From the NCBI GenBank assembly GCA_010405405.1, contig MU004239.1, forward strand, positions 124,001-188,000: a DNA stretch of 64,000 nucleotides. The letters are read 5' to 3'. Source of the DNA: Microthyrium microscopicum. Its lineage: Eukaryota. Positions within the stretch are counted from its first letter, which is position 1. Every line of letters begins with the position of its first letter. The notes under the pieces are model-generated. The model was not told where the DNA came from. It did not search any database and worked only from the letters and a program-made list of their open reading frames with translations. Position numbers and translations under genes: made by a program. This document shows, one piece after another, positions 36,598 to 49,292 of this stretch.

Positions 36598-38034
36598 TCA
36601 TGGCATTAGAGTATCATATATGACTCCGGTAGTTCCAGGGAATACATTCTGGCGATTAATATCTTTCTGTCAAAAAGTAAGCACAGCACAACATATAATA
36701 TATCAACGCAGTTGAAACTTACCCAGGCAGGACCAGTTGGCCCACCCTCATACTTCCAGAAGAGATTAAGGAAATTCTTCTGTCGTGGGTCTGTTTTGGC
36801 ATACTGCTGGTCGCCCCAATGTCCTTTGAAGTAGACGTAATTGACCGGTGAAGTTGTGTCATATGGCGTAAATGTTCCCGGGGCAGTTGTGCTAGGATCA
36901 ATATCACGCTTGAACAAGTCGCCTTCTGGTACACTTTTGCCGAATGGAATTGCGGCTAGTTCTTCTGCTGATGGGGGAATTGAAACGTCGACTCGTTTGG
37001 ATTTTTGGGAGGCCGGTGGAGTCCAAGAGTAGTAGTAAGCTGATTGCGTGAGATCGTATAGCAGACCGTAATCAGTATAGTCGTTGATGATGCCGGGCTC
37101 GTTACGATGCACTGGTCCAGGAATCGTGTGGTCATGGATTCCATCAATGGCATAAGTGGCATGAGATCCGTTGGCCGAAAAGGATAGAGGCTATTTAATG
37201 GTTAGTTGTTGGATAGATCCTCGTATAGCAAGACACTTACTCGAAGTCCTGAACTGTCTTTTTGAACTGCATTCCATGTGAATGCCTGTCCACCCGCATG
37301 TTGTGAAAAATACATATATGCGGGCTCGCCATTTACAAAGCGAACCATCGTATGTTCCCTAAGCGTTCGATTAGCTATAAATTCACAAGAAACGGCCATG
37401 AGTCCTACCAATCGCCAACGTGGTCTCCTATTTTCTTTGTTAACTTGTAGAAACGGTTGGATATCGAAGCAGCACTAACCAAGTTCTTGTCCCAGCGTGA
37501 TGCCACCCCAGTTGTACGCATAGAATGAAAGATAAAAGGCATCAGTGATACCATTGCCCTTGTCTGCAACAATGATAGTACCTGTCTTCGCGTTCTCACA
37601 GACACCTGCTGCGTTTGGAGTGACGCCGGTCAGCCACGCAGGGTTTGTCGTGATATCGTCCACTGAGGTAAGGAACATATCCGAACCTGCGTTGCCATAT
37701 TGGTTTAGGATGTCCAGATTAGCCAGTGTTAACGTTGGGAGAGTGACATTTGCTGGCAAGCTGTCGAGATTGAACTTTGGCACGGTATGCGCCAATTGAG
37801 CAGCCATATCAGACGGCATGTATTTCTCTTGCGAGTGTAAATACACCAAAGGAGCTGCCAGGGGTTAGAACGATTCTTCTATGTTTTGAAAGGCATTTTA
37901 CCATGTTTCACAACAAAATCAGGCACGCCAGCTGGCACTGCACCGGTATCTCTAGTGTTTAGTGGGACCGCCATGCTTGCGCCGCATAAGGATATCGAGA
38001 GGCATACCAGCCTGGAGAACTGTAGTCTGACCAT
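36598..38034 (-). CDS. Secreted Vps62-like protein
   Basis: Signal peptide, VPDFVVKHAPLVYLHS.E.YMPSD, FYAYNWG, HVGDWEH.MVRF, YFSQHAGG, SANGSHA.Y, GHWGDQQY and GPTGP across several exons. Confidence 0.88.
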
Positions 38035-39143
38035 GGCAGGAAATTTGAAGCAACTTATATTGATCGCAGCAGAAAAGAGTGATATGCTATTGGAAACAGC
38101 GTTGGTCAGATGAATAGGCACAACAACTGATGTGTCGTTGGACTATTAAAGCATGGACAATTCTGCAAATTGACTGGCGGGACCGAAGACAAGTGAATCC
38201 TACCGAGAGTATATTGAGACCTTTATGTCGTCGACAAGGCAATACTTAAATCATGGGTGGACCGCAGTGTTCCCACATATATCTCAGCATGACTTTAGCT
38301 GGGTGAGCGTTGGCCGACGATGGCAGCCAACGACTTGAGAGCGGCACAAGCATGATAATTTGCCAAATAGCCCTGTCAAGAGGTAGTTGGATTCGGCGCT
38401 GGCTTATGGCAGACGGCACACTGGAGGGCATGCAGCATATTGGTGGTCTGAGTCGGTCCAAGGCAAAGTTGAGCAGTCTTGAGCAAAAAGGGCAGGTGGC
38501 TCACAGGCCAGGGGCGTTGCAAGGCATTTGTGACCATCAACACCACCAACGGGGATTGGTTCGCTGAACTTTAGTGGCGGAGATGAGCTTGATGACATGA
38601 AATTGGCGATGTGACCCTTCAACCACTCCAACGGTCTCGCTCATGACTTTCCTGTCCGCTTGTGATTTTGCCCATCACGATAAATCGCTGTTCTGTTTGT
38701 GTCTGGCACGGTCGCCCCGAGCATAATTTGAACTTACTCAATAGTGGAACTTTCTTTTTTTGCGCAATGCTCGCATTCAGTGACCAACGCCGAGGCTCAT
38801 TTCAATTTCTGCTAGTATAATGAGCATTTCTTTCAATCCACGATGTGTTATCATTACCATTGATTGCAAAGAGGGAAGAGGTGCTCATGAACTGTTCCAT
38901 ACCGACCGAAGTACTGCGGTGTAAGGCTTGCGGGTTTCAAAGCGAATGCTCTTGCTGATAAAGCGCGCATTATTGTACTCTCCGACGACTGCGGTTGCAA
39001 GGCTGGATTTCCAGCATGTAGAGTACGGCATCTTACTCAGATCAAGTGGGAATAATCAGAAAGTCGAGTATTTACTCTGAGCTATGTACCCCTAGATGTG
39101 GCAGGTGCTGTGGCGGAATCCACGCTAGTCCCTCTCGAGTCTA

Positions 39144-39167
39144 ACGCGTTCAACGCGTCCAACGCGC
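39144..39167. promoter_or_regulatory. Tandem MCB-like (ACGCGT) cell-cycle boxes
   Basis: ACGCGT at 39144 and 39153 and ACGCGC at 39162 (9-bp period), just upstream of the POL31 ATG. Confidence 0.65.
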
Positions 39168-39221
39168 TCATCTCAACTCCAACCTTGGAACATGCGATAA
39201 TCCGATTCTCATGCTTCCATA

Positions 39222-41005
39222 ATGGCTACTGTTGACCAGTACATGAGGGCTCCCCAGTAGGTATGCCAGCTTATCATCCTGCCTCAAAGCTAATCATTTT
39301 TAGGCCCGCCCAAATCCCAACAGTATCTCGACCTGAATCGACCTACCACTCCCTCACCACCTTCAATCTTCCTACCGGAGGGGACCGAAAATACTCCACT
39401 CAATTTGCCGATCTATATTTTGCTAGACTTGCTCTTCTCAAGCGGCATGTCGAGGCCACTGTTCATGCAGCATGGAAGGACTTTGACGTACGCTTGTAAT
39501 TTATTGGTCAGATGGTCAATGGCTAACTCAAAAAGCTGGACGGAGAGCGTGCAACGGCTGTCGAAAGAGTGTTGGATGTTCGTCAAGGAGAGTTGAGCTG
39601 GGTGATCGGCACAATATTCATGGACATGAAGCTGAAACCCAACATTCTAGACGACATTATCAAAGAGGTATTTGTCCCGAATCCTGACGCTGAAAATAGC
39701 TCATTTTCCAGGCATTCATAATCGCACCTCCTCCTCGAGAAACATATCGTAATGGTGATAAAGGAGATAGGATTGTTATCGAGGACGAGTCAGGAAGACT
39801 GCCCATCACGGGTAAATTCTTGCACGAGTTTCTTTTATGCACAGGTTGTATTGTTGGCATATTGGGAACCGAAAACAAAAACGGCGAATTCGAGGTCATT
39901 GACATCAAGCCAGCCGATCTCCCAGCTCAACCACCTCGATGGAATCTACACAATCTAAGCTTAAAGGAGGCCGGCGAGAAGCCAATTAAGGCTAAGAAAG
40001 CAAAAGGCAAAATTGCGATAGTCAGTGGCCTTGCCATGGATGGCCACTTCAGCGATGTTCTCCTGCTAGATATGCTCCAGGAATATCTGCTTGGCGAAAC
40101 AGGCGGCGCACAAGAATCGAGTCAAATATCGCGGCTCATCATCGCAGGCAACAGCTTTGCCGATATGGCTCCAATTCCCACTCGTGAGGTGATGATGAAG
40201 AATGGCTCCAAGAGTTTCAGCGCAGAGCCAAACACATGGAACGCTGATCCTACCGAAGAAGTAGACGACTTTCTGGCCTCTCTCCTTCCCACTCTTCCTA
40301 TCACTCTCCTCCCCGGCGTGTCCGATCCGACCAGCGTTTCTATGCCGCAACCAGCGCTTCATTCCGCCATGTTCAGCAAATCGCGACTCTTCATTAGACA
40401 TCCCACTGAGCCGGAAAACGCACTGTCCTGGTTCGATAGTGTCTCGAATCCTTGGGACGGTGAGATTGATGGCTGGAAAGTACTTGCAACAGGTGGTCAG
40501 CCAGTGAATGACATGAACAAATATGTCAACGGCGGTAATCGGCTTGACATGATGGAATCGATCTTACGATGGCGCAACGTTGCGCCCACAGCACCTGATA
40601 CCTTATGTAAGTCTGACCGCACCGCAATTTGACGCCAAAGCTAAATTACATTCAGGGACATATCCATATGACACAGACGATCCGTTTGTACTGCGCGAAT
40701 GTCCACACCTATACATTGTGGGCGATCAGCCTCAATTTCAGACACGAACAATCACAGGGCCAAGTGGGCAGTCGGTCCGATTGGTCGCGGTTCCTTCGTT
40801 CAGAAAAACAGGCACGCTTGTCTTGGTGGATGGGGAGACTTTGGAGGTTTCTACTGTACAGTTCGCGATAGCTAGTGAGCACAAGAAGCAGAGAAATGCA
40901 CAACGTAGTGTGTCAGCGCAGAACACGCCAAAGAGGAAGCCGAGACCGAAACCGAATACACCGAAGAACATGCCGAAGAGGAATGGTGCAACAAAAAGAG
41001 TATGA
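39222..41005 (+). CDS. POL31: DNA polymerase delta small (B) subunit
   Basis: QFADLYFARL, KLKPNILDD, EDESGRL, ISRLIIAGNS, LPGVSDP...MPQPALH, WRNVAPTAPDTL and DDPF...CPHLY motifs. Multi-exon. Confidence 0.95.
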
Positions 41006-41613
41006 AGGGGATTTTATATATATACCATATCATGAATAACGATTGTAGGATAATGTTTAGCAGATGATGAAATGTATAGCCTTTGAAAACCTCGAACTCT
41101 GTTCATGAAAATCTGCTACCAATGGATGTTGACCGATAAGACCCTCCCGCGCTTAGTTTTGTCCGTCTAGCTGAAAATCCTACTCACCCGAACATACAAG
41201 TAGGGGGGTGAAGTAAACACGACGGTCTAGAAAATTATATGGCCGGAAGAGGAAGGTGTAACCGCGAACCAGGATGAGCTTCTATCAGCTTCAACATCTC
41301 ATCCATCACCTTATTCCTTCAACCATATCTTCGACTGATTCAAGAAACAACAGCTGTTCAAGCGAGGCGAATATTGTTCAAGCTAGAGGATTTGCTGCTC
41401 AAATCTCATGGGACTACACAGAACCATGTGAGGTCCCCATCAAAACAAGCGACTTGTCCATCAACAGAGACGCAGTTGTCACACAGCGATCATCCTATGG
41501 CCATTTGGGACAATTCTCGGACTACAGAGCAAGGAAAAAAGGATAGTTCTGATCATATTACTCGAAAGTCCTGCTACGTGTAGAGGGTTGTTCCCCGGCT
41601 AGGATCGTCCAAA

Positions 41614-43034
41614 ATGGCTCTAAACTGCGCCAAACAAAAAACATATTGGCTGCGATGTCTCAAGACATTTCTCCCGAACGGTTACACTTCAATGGATTCC
41701 AACCGTATGATGATTGCCTGCTTCATTATATCCGCTCTGGACATTCTCTCAGCACTGGATGCCAGCATGACTACCGATGAGCGGAGTAGCTACATCGAAT
41801 GGATTTATGCCAGTCAACAAGACACTGGTGGATTTCAAGGTTTCCCGCGCACGCCGGATGCAAATCCAGAGCCAAATGATTCACATTCAGATGCGCGCTT
41901 AACCATAATATGGGAACCGGCCACTGTTCCATCGACCTTCTTTGCACTGGCCGCACTGCTACTACTTCGCGATGACTTTTCACGCGTTGGCCGCCGCGAA
42001 TGCTTAACCTGGCTGACAAAGTGCCAGCGAGCAGACTGCTCATTTGGCCAAAATCTCAACGACAAAGGCGAGGTTGATGGCGGCTATGATACACGCTTTG
42101 GATATTTAGCCATGCATATTCGATGGATGCTAGGTGGCGATCTACTCGCTACGCAGGAGCCAGCCTGGCCGGATGTTAATATTGATGGGCTAGTACGGAG
42201 CATTCGCGCGCTGCAGGTACGTTGAACAAGGGCACATTGACCTGGCTTTAGGGGCTGGGTGAGCATATATTGTAGCGATCTCGAGGATCTGGACGGGAGC
42301 GCTTGGCAGGGTTGAGGCGTAAATCAGTGGTTAACGGGCTGATGTGTGCTTAGGCTTATGATGGCGGGTTTGGCGATCTTCCGTGCTCCGAGCCACATGG
42401 TAAGTACAAAGAGGATTTGAGAGACCCTAGAGCCATGCTAATTAGACAAGGTGGCTATACGAACTGTGCGGTCAATGCACTTGCAATTGTCGACAAACTT
42501 GCAGACGGCATACCAGACGAAGATGCTCTCATTCACTGGCTAGTTTTACGCCAAACTCGCCAGTTTGAACCAGACAATGAAGATGACGAGGATGAAGATG
42601 AAGAACAAGGCGGCTTTGCAACAGCGACAACATCTTCCGCCATTGGATTCAATGGTCGCTGCAACAAAATAGCTGACACATGTTATACCTGGTGGATATG
42701 TGACACTCTTAAGGTAATGCATACTTTTTAAAGTTGCAACTCAAATCCAAAGTTAATCTCGCTGACACATTGCCCCCCGCATTAGACTCTAGGTCAGATC
42801 GAACTTATTGACAAGTCTAAAGCAACATCCTACCTACTCAACAAGACTCAACACTTCATTGGAGGCTTTGGAAAATATCCGTCTGACCCACCGGACATTT
42901 ATCATTCTTACCTTGGTCTAGCAGCTCTAGGGATTCTCGGATGCCCCGATGTCAAACCAGTACATTCAACAACATCAATCAGTGTGGATGCAGTTGATTA
43001 TTTGGAGAAAGTCATAAGGCCTGGATACAGTTGA
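41614..43034 (+). CDS. CDC43: Geranylgeranyltransferase type I beta subunit
   Basis: YTSMDSNRM, EPH.GYT.CA, FNGRCNKIADTCYTWW and GGFGKYPSDPPDIYHSYLGLAAL. Four exons. Confidence 0.88.
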
Positions 43035-44608
43035 TTATCCGGCTATTATAATCTGACTCTAGGTTTGAAGCGCCCCAAAATCGAGCCATTCCATGTTCCT
43101 CCTATACGGAAGTTTGAGGATATCTTTCCTCAAGAAAATCCAGCCTCGAAAGATCTGCCCTTGATATCGAAAGGTATCAACCCTATAGGAACAATGCAAG
43201 CTCTCAAGCCAAACAGTTGCGCAATGATGTGCATAGTTTCATGAAACATCTGTCAGTTTCTCTTGTTTTCAACTAGCTGCTAAATTTGTAGTAAGAGTTA
43301 ATGTGATAGGTGGGCTCAGTCATGTTTCAAGGTCTGATTCAGAGTATTTCAAAACTTCGGTGCACAGAAGTTAGACTCAGGAAGATTCTTATTGCGACAT
43401 GGAAACCATTGGATCGGAAAATTTATCACTCCATTCATCGTACCAATGACAAGCAAGACTGGAGCGACTAGAGGACGGAAAATTATATCTGCTCTTTCTG
43501 TTCCATTGTTGGCATCCCAGTCTAGTGTTATTAGACTCCGTCGAGATCGCCTGTACAGTTATAGGATCTTCCTTAAGCGACAAGCTGCAAAGCCCCCACG
43601 GGATGCTCCTTTTGATCACCGCCCTGAAGTCTGGTCACTTCAACGTGGTCTGGTCTCACTTAGCCCCCAAATTGGTTCATACAAGCTTCACAAGCACCGA
43701 GCCAAGTTCTGTAGTTGTTTGGACTTCCCAAACTTTGTACCCGTGAATCTATTTTTGAATTCATGTTTACCGTGCCACTATGATAGTGGAGCTCTGTATG
43801 CGCAATATTTGTGCACTGAGACCAACATGTCACTCCTTAAACAACTTGCTTTGCATGCTATATTAATAGGAGTGATAAGAATTGGTCGGTGATCATTTAG
43901 CATAGTTTTCCGATGTCATGGTAGTTAAACCCAGACTCCTCTAAAATGCGGGGATTTATTAGAATAAGCACAAACAACGGGTAAGGAGATCATTAGTAAA
44001 TCCTTTAGAGTACATGTCAACAGGCATGTCTTGTACAAAGGCCTGCCCAGATCAGGGTTCGTGCTATTACTGGACTCCTCTTAATAGGGCATCAACCAAA
44101 GTACAGGTCAGTATGGGCTGGATACTCAAAGGTTATTGAAACCTTACAGATGCAGATAATGCCTAAACTGGCCAATTTAGAATACTTATATTAGGTTAGA
44201 TGGGGTATTTTGCACTCATCGACCTATTGCAAGCCAACAACACCATTCTTCTGACTGCATTTACTGCGCATATCTATAGCATCCTTTGCATAGTGCTCTC
44301 ATTTGCAATCGCAGATTAGATAGATGTCCCTAGCTTTATGCATCTAGGCCTCTTGCTCGAGCTCAGTCTCGCATCAACCATGGCTTTGGCCAGAAGCAGG
44401 AGTATCCGCGAGCTGTAGCGCCCAGTCACCAGGATCCACAGACCCAGGCCAAAGCCAACACCCAGCGTGCCACATGCGGATATATAAACCACCCCAGGCC
44501 GTCTCTCAGATACTCTCTCCATCACCAAAGCAGACTCATTCGCTTCAGTCTTCTATCACATCTTACACTCTTTTCATAAATCAATCACTCCTTTCAAAAG
44601 CAATCATC

Positions 44609-45535
44609 ATGCGTTTCACAGCCATCATCGCTGCTGCCATCATCAGCTACAGCACTGCTGTGCTCGGCGACATCTCTGCCACCGATGCGAAAGACCCCGC
44701 AAACGTGCTCAAGCATGACATCGGTCGTCTCAACCACGACGCTCAACGTGTCGAGCATGCTTTCCGCCCCGGCAACGTTCCAAATCTTCCAGGTGCCCCA
44801 GGCCGCCACCACCGCATCGTCACCCGCGATGTCGAAGCCGTTGAAGATGGCGAGGTCGATGCCGTCTCAGAGGACTTGGACGCCGTGAGCCTTGCTCGCA
44901 AGCGTGGCAAGGGCCGCCGCCGCTCAAAGGGCAAGGGAAAGGGGAAGGGTAAAGGTCGCGTCCGCACCGTTGAAGCCCGAGCCGTTGAAGAGCTCACTGC
45001 TGTTGAAGATGGCGAAGTCGATGCCGTCTCCGAGGACCTCGATGCTGTGAGCCTTGCTCGTAAGCGCGGCAAGGGCCGTCGTCGCTCCAAGGGCAAGGGC
45101 AAAGGAAAAGGCAAAGGCCGCGTCCGCACCGTTGAGGCCCGCGCAGTTGAAGAGTTCACTGCCGCTGAGGATGGCGAAGTCGATGCCGTCTCAGACGACC
45201 TTGAGGCTGTCAGCCTAGCCCGCAAGAAGGGCAAGGGCCGCCGTCGCTTCGGTGGAAAGGGCAAAGCTCATCGACGAGTCATCATCACTCGCGCAACCCC
45301 TGAGGCTGAGCGCCAGCGTGAGCGTGAACGTCTCCAGCACGACCAGAAAGATGCTGCTAAGATCGAGCATCAGCTTGCGCAGCACCCCAATGCGCCAAAT
45401 TTCCAACCACCACGCGGAAATGCGCCTCATCCTAATGGAGCCCCATTCAATGGAAACGCGCCTCACCCAAATGGCCCACCACGTGGAGGACCTGCCGGCG
45501 TTCCTCATGGTCCTGCTCCAGGTCGCCCATTCTAA
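44609..45535 (+). CDS. Secreted repeat polyprotein; putative precursor of cationic peptides
   Basis: Signal peptide MRFTAIIAAAIISYSTAVLG, three acidic-spacer/basic-peptide repeats, strongly C-ending codon bias, and TATATAAA near 44481. Confidence 0.88.
   Translation: MRFTAIIAAAIISYSTAVLGDISATDAKDPANVLKHDIGRLNHDAQRVEHAFRPGNVPNLPGAPGRHHRIVTRDVEAVEDGEVDAVSEDLDAVSLARKRGKGRRRSKGKGKGKGKGRVRTVEARAVEELTAVEDGEVDAVSEDLDAVSLARKRGKGRRRSKGKGKGKGKGRVRTVEARAVEEFTAAEDGEVDAVSDDLEAVSLARKKGKGRRRFGGKGKAHRRVIITRATPEAERQRERERLQHDQKDAAKIEHQLAQHPNAPNFQPPRGNAPHPNGAPFNGNAPHPNGPPRGGPAGVPHGPAPGRPF
44837..45275 (+). repeat. 162-bp coding tandem repeat x~3
   Basis: GCxGxTGAxGATGGCGAxGTCGATGCCGTCTC at 44837, 44999 and 45161, with mostly synonymous differences. 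Confidence 0.95.
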
Positions 45536-46892
45536 ATCGTTTGAGCGATTCTGACGATGTATTGACATCAGGTGGATATCCAGATAACGAACTGACGATG
45601 AGATATTGGGGAGGATTCTGGATATAGTTCAGTTTCTAAAGTCGCGCATTGGTTGCGATACATTTTTTTGACACTTTACTTTTGAGAATGAAAAACTTAA
45701 TTTTCCCTTCATTTTGCTTTCTTGATACTTGTGCCGAGTTAATAAATGATTTGAACAACCGAGTATGGACTGGAGAAATTAGAGGATAGCTATGCGATGG
45801 AAGTAACATATTCGTTGGAATCGGAGACTTCCTAGCCATGCCTCCCCCACGGCCTCGATAACCGTGCTCTCTGCTCAAAAAGTATTCGGCTGAGGAGAAT
45901 AATCCATTATGAATGCTCTCTGCACAAAATATCAATCATCTCTATGTCCTGAGATGGAATTGTACCGAAGAGCGATGAAACGGTGAGCAGGATCTTGAGA
46001 TCGACAAGCATATTACCGCTGTGGTATCAAGGTTCTCTATTAAGGGGATGATCGAGCTTGAAGAAGCAGTGATTGGTGAACTCCAAGGCCAACCACAATC
46101 GTGAACCACCAGGCTTTGCGACCTTGAATCGACTGAGTAGCTTGAGGAGTATAAGGGCGGTGTTCGTTGCAAACTACGGACGCAAACACCGTATGAAGAC
46201 CGGAAGATCGCATACACTAAAGATATTTGATAGTTAGATGTCTATTGGACTGTAGAGAGAAGAGAGAAGAAGTTGACGAGACAAATCAACGTCGGAAGTT
46301 GGGAATAGGGGCCGTGCTTGACTAGCACAATTCCGACCTAGCGGCTTGGCATCAATTGAACATTGAAGACTTGCTTGACTGCGATCATTACCTCTCATCA
46401 ACCACTACATACACAACAACTTTTCCATATCGCCCTTATTCTCGTACATACTACTCCTTCTACTGCATGTCTAATAGTAATGTTTACCGCTCATAATCTC
46501 CCCTATTACCCACGCCCGTCTTCACCCTCTCCACTTACCCGCGTCTCCTTTGGCCCATTTCTGCCTCGACATCGGTACCTCCGAAATCTTGCCAAACCCT
46601 CTCTCCACAGGCCCCCGCTGTCGTCTCACAATTCCAAGCCAGTGCCTTCGTTGTTCCCCTAAGAGGTCCTAGCTTCCATCTCCTTCCCGAGAACTGACGT
46701 ACAATCCGGGAACATTCTTCTCGCTGCTTTTCCGGCCCGTACACTGCCATACATCGCTGCCATCTCAGAACCACCTCGGTCGCCCTACACATGCCCCTGG
46801 CCTAGCGAGCCGCATACATAACCGCAACCGCATCGCTCACTCACCAACAATTCCCTCAGGCGCCGCTGTATCGACGCTCCTGGCTGTCCGTC

Positions 46893-49292
46893 ATGCAGTC
46901 CGGCATGACCAAAGCCCAGGCGCAACAGGTACAACGAACCAAACTTGCCGATTCATATGGCCAGTTACTCGAAGAGTTCGCCTCCCCTGACCTTCGAACT
47001 GTTGGAAATTACACACTGGGGCGACTTATTGGCAAGGGCAGCTTTGGAAAAGTTTACTTGGCCACCCATAAGTTGACTAACGGCTCCAAAGTCGTACTGA
47101 AGAGCGCTAATAAGGATGATGCAAACCTGGCACGTGAGATTCATCACCATCGTCAATTCGTACACCCCCACATCGCACGATTATATGAAGTCCTTGTCAC
47201 CGAATCCCTTGTTTGGCTAGTCTTGGAGTACTGTCCTGGAGATGAGTTGTACAACCGGCTGTTGAAAACGGGGCCTATGGAACCGGAAAAGGTGCAAAAG
47301 ATATTTACACAGCTTGTTGGCGCGGTATCATATGTCCACCAAAAGTCATGTGTGCACCGGGATTTGAAGCTGGAGAACATTTTGCTGGACAAACAAGAAA
47401 ACGTAAAGCTGGTCGATTTCGGATTCACTCGCGAATATGAAGGCAAGATGAGTTATCTTCAGACTTGGTGCGGAACTGTCTGCTATAGTGCCCCGGAGAT
47501 GATCAAAGGAGAGAAATACGCCGGTGAAAAGGTGGATGTTTGGAGTCTGGGCATTATATTATATGCGTTATTATGCGGAGAATTACCCTTTGACGACGAC
47601 GATGAGACCGCTACGAGGCAACGAATCCTCAAAGAAGAACCTAAATACCCCGAACATGTCCCTTTACAAGCCAAGGAGCTCATTGCGAGCTTGTTATCCA
47701 AACGACCAATTTTACGACCGACTCTAGCAGATATACTACAGCATGCTTGGCTAACGGAACATGCCCCTGCGCAACAGGCAATCCTGAAGCTTCAGCAGCC
47801 TGCTCCGTTTTCGACCGACCTGGAAAAGGAAGTTTTGCAGCGCATGCGAGCTTCAGGTGTGAATATTGATACGGTCATTGAGAATGTTTTGGCCCAACGG
47901 TGCGATGCGTTGGCAGGCTGGTGGACGCTTTTGCTTGAAAAGGAAGAGAGGAAGGCAAAGAGACGAGAAAGGAAGAGGAAAGAAGCAGAAGCAAAGGGCC
48001 TGAGACGTTTAAGTGCTGCTAGCAGTCGTCTGGAAAGAATCGCGCCTACAATTCAGGAGCTGGATGAGAACAGTCTTACTGTTCCAATATTAGGGGAACC
48101 ACCGCGACCAAGAGGAAGGAATCCAAATAGGAGAAGTGGCCCGGGTATGTTACTCTAAAGCTTATACATTTGTTTACTAACAAAATCAGTTGCTGCAGCG
48201 GCTCCTGATCTGCCTAACCTCCCCGAGGCTTCTTCCACAAGTGGAGCGGAGGATTTACGTAGACCGCCTCCAGTTGATAAAGATAGCATCCGCTCAGCTA
48301 GCTCGTCAAGGCCACCTCCACCTCCAAAGGAGACTCGAGTGTCCCGTGCAAGCTTACTCCAGGTTGTACAAACAAATCCCGACTTGCTCAGTCCGTCAAA
48401 CGGTACAGTGCCAGGACGTAGGAAGAGATATCACCCCTTTTTCAGCCAACTTGCCCAACTTAAACACTGGTTCAAAGAGTCGACCAAAAAGGCTGCATCC
48501 CCTATCGCTTCGAGGTCGCGGCCTGGCACGGCTAAACCGACCCCCCCTAATCCAACTAATCACAATCGTCGCGTGTCTCGCGTAAGCGCAAGCTCAACGT
48601 ATCGGTACTCTAATTCTCACGTTCGACCGGAGATTCGCGATCGAACGTCAAGCAACTACAATCAAATTCCTTTGCCCCCTGGTCCCGGTTCTGGAAAAAG
48701 GCTCTCTCTATCACCATCACCATTGACTCCTCGTTCTTCGTCGTATCGGCGGAGTTCCACTGGTCTGCGCGGCCGCAAATCCACTTCGTCCTCTGTTTCT
48801 TCCATTCGCTCCATTCACCATCAACACAGTCATTCCAGGGCGACATCAACCTCCTCGGCCTCTGTTAGCATAGCCAGTCCAACAGGGTCTTCCTCAGTCA
48901 GAATTGGTGGTAGTCGTAGCCCTCATACCAGCGTCAAAGTCCTTCCAGCTACTCCCCAAGATTCAGCCTTCCCCAGCAATATCCGCGTAGTGCGGAAACC
49001 ACTTGCTATCTCAACAGAGGGTAAAGCTGCATTTTCAACTCTTCCGCCGTCTAGCCCGGGTATAATGTTTGCGAAGCGTAAACGCAGCCCGTTCAAAGGG
49101 CCGATGTTGTCCCTGTCCACGGGGTCTGGCAAAGGCAGAGCCGATTCGCTAAGTCGTAGTAGTAGCTTGCGACGGCGTAGTGGCGAGGTTATCCAGGAAG
49201 AAGACGAAGATGAAGAGGAAGAAGTGGATGAGTTTTCACCCATCAAACCAGGCGAGGATATTGTTGAAATTACGGAGGCTGCTATGCGCTGA
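46893..49292 (+). CDS. Ser/Thr protein kinase (CAMK-like group)
   Basis: GKGSFGKV, HRDLKLEN, DFG, APE and DVWSLG. Intron 48146-48189. Ser/Arg-rich tail. Confidence 0.96.

Noticed and set aside
43392..43892. 166-aa TTG-start ORF upstream of the peptide precursor
   Set aside because: No family features or coding bias; probably promoter DNA.
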